Of a stretch of DNA of 64,000 nucleotides, positions 63,359-64,000 are shown one piece after another. The DNA is from Psammoneis japonica (taxonomy: Eukaryota): positions 186,001-250,000 of the forward strand of contig QPGO01000045.1 in NCBI GenBank assembly GCA_008632985.1, read 5' to 3'. The notes beneath the pieces are model-generated. The model did no database searches, was not told the origin of the DNA, and saw only the letters and a program-made list of their open reading frames with translations. The position numbers were made by a program, and so were the translations under genes. Positions within the stretch are counted from its first letter, which is position 1; each line of letters starts with the position of its first letter.

Positions 63359-64000
63359 TTTGTTTGAGAATGCACCTCAAGATTCAATCCCATGACCCAT
63401 CCCCAGAGGCAACAGAGAGATGTCTGCACCTGGAGAGCAGCAGCCTGGCAAAAGCCCCTCTCCACCACCCATGATGCACCCCAACGCAAACTTGGAATCA
63501 TCTGCAGTGCCCCACATGGTTGTCGCCTTTGCTTCCAGCATGCTGGTCCTGTCAGTCCCAACTGGGATTCAGCCAGTTTGGTGCCTTTCCGCAAGTGCGC
63601 ATTGGATGCCCATTTGTGCATTGGATGCCCATTTGCAGGAGACAAGTTGGTGAGTGACATTAGAATGAGTAACAACAAGAAGAAGCTGCTGCTTCTCAAT
63701 GGACAGTTCAGAGATGGAGTGCGCTCAACAGACAAAACCTCACACAATTGAGTTTGTCGAAAGACAACTGCGACGAGACGCGGTCTGCAAGAATTCGCAT
63801 CAACCGGAGCACCCTTTTATCGCACTGTGCTCCCAACAAGGCCACCACCGGCAACCAACACAATGACAAAACAGATCACAAGCTCTACTTGCACAGCACA
63901 AAACAAGAGGAGGCAGTTCCCACCTACATGATGCGAATCGAAAAAGAAGCAGCAGCAAGACCCGCCTGAGCAATGGCAAATTCTATGGCCACCATCGCAA

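Larger units (their letters stand above)
58700..64000. other. Second TpA-depleted and CpG-poor decayed block
   Basis: Same TG/CA-rich, TA-poor composition as 35.3-48.4 kb. Confidence 0.88.

Noticed and set aside
35300..64000. Alternative genetic code or contaminating organism as the cause of the TA-free sequence
   Set aside because: The change is gradual within single reading frames and is visible between paired repeats of one element, which fits in-place mutation.

Overview
Eukaryotic genomic DNA with short GT-AG introns, LHC/FCP antenna genes and bipartite ASAF-type plastid presequences, so most likely a pennate diatom (inference). About 1.5-35.1 kb is gene-dense: an RPH1-like plastid membrane protein, a plastid GrxB-type glutaredoxin, a head-to-head LHC pair, a DCAF-like WD40/TPR protein, a 1-Cys peroxiredoxin, ALG14, VPS25, a CCCH-WD40 protein, Rab2, an FG-GAP-like propeller, a 2H-phosphoesterase-like protein, SDS22 and a PDZ-like protein. 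A tyrosine-recombinase retrotransposon with split direct repeats interrupts this part at 20308-23247. About 35.3-48.4 kb and 58.7-64 kb are decayed repeat and pseudogene blocks almost free of TpA and poor in CpG. They hold a 9-bp satellite, a MITE, DIRS and copia relics and a DUF1800/DUF1501 relic. Between them lies a compositionally normal island with an exon-duplicated gene, a MetAP fragment and a PIF1-helicase fragment. The strongest signal is a repeat-targeted T>C / A>G hypermutation at TpA, roughly the reverse of fungal RIP. It can be read directly from the paired repeats of the retrotransposon and from systematic Tyr>His/Cys changes. All product names come from motif recognition by eye; no database searches were run.
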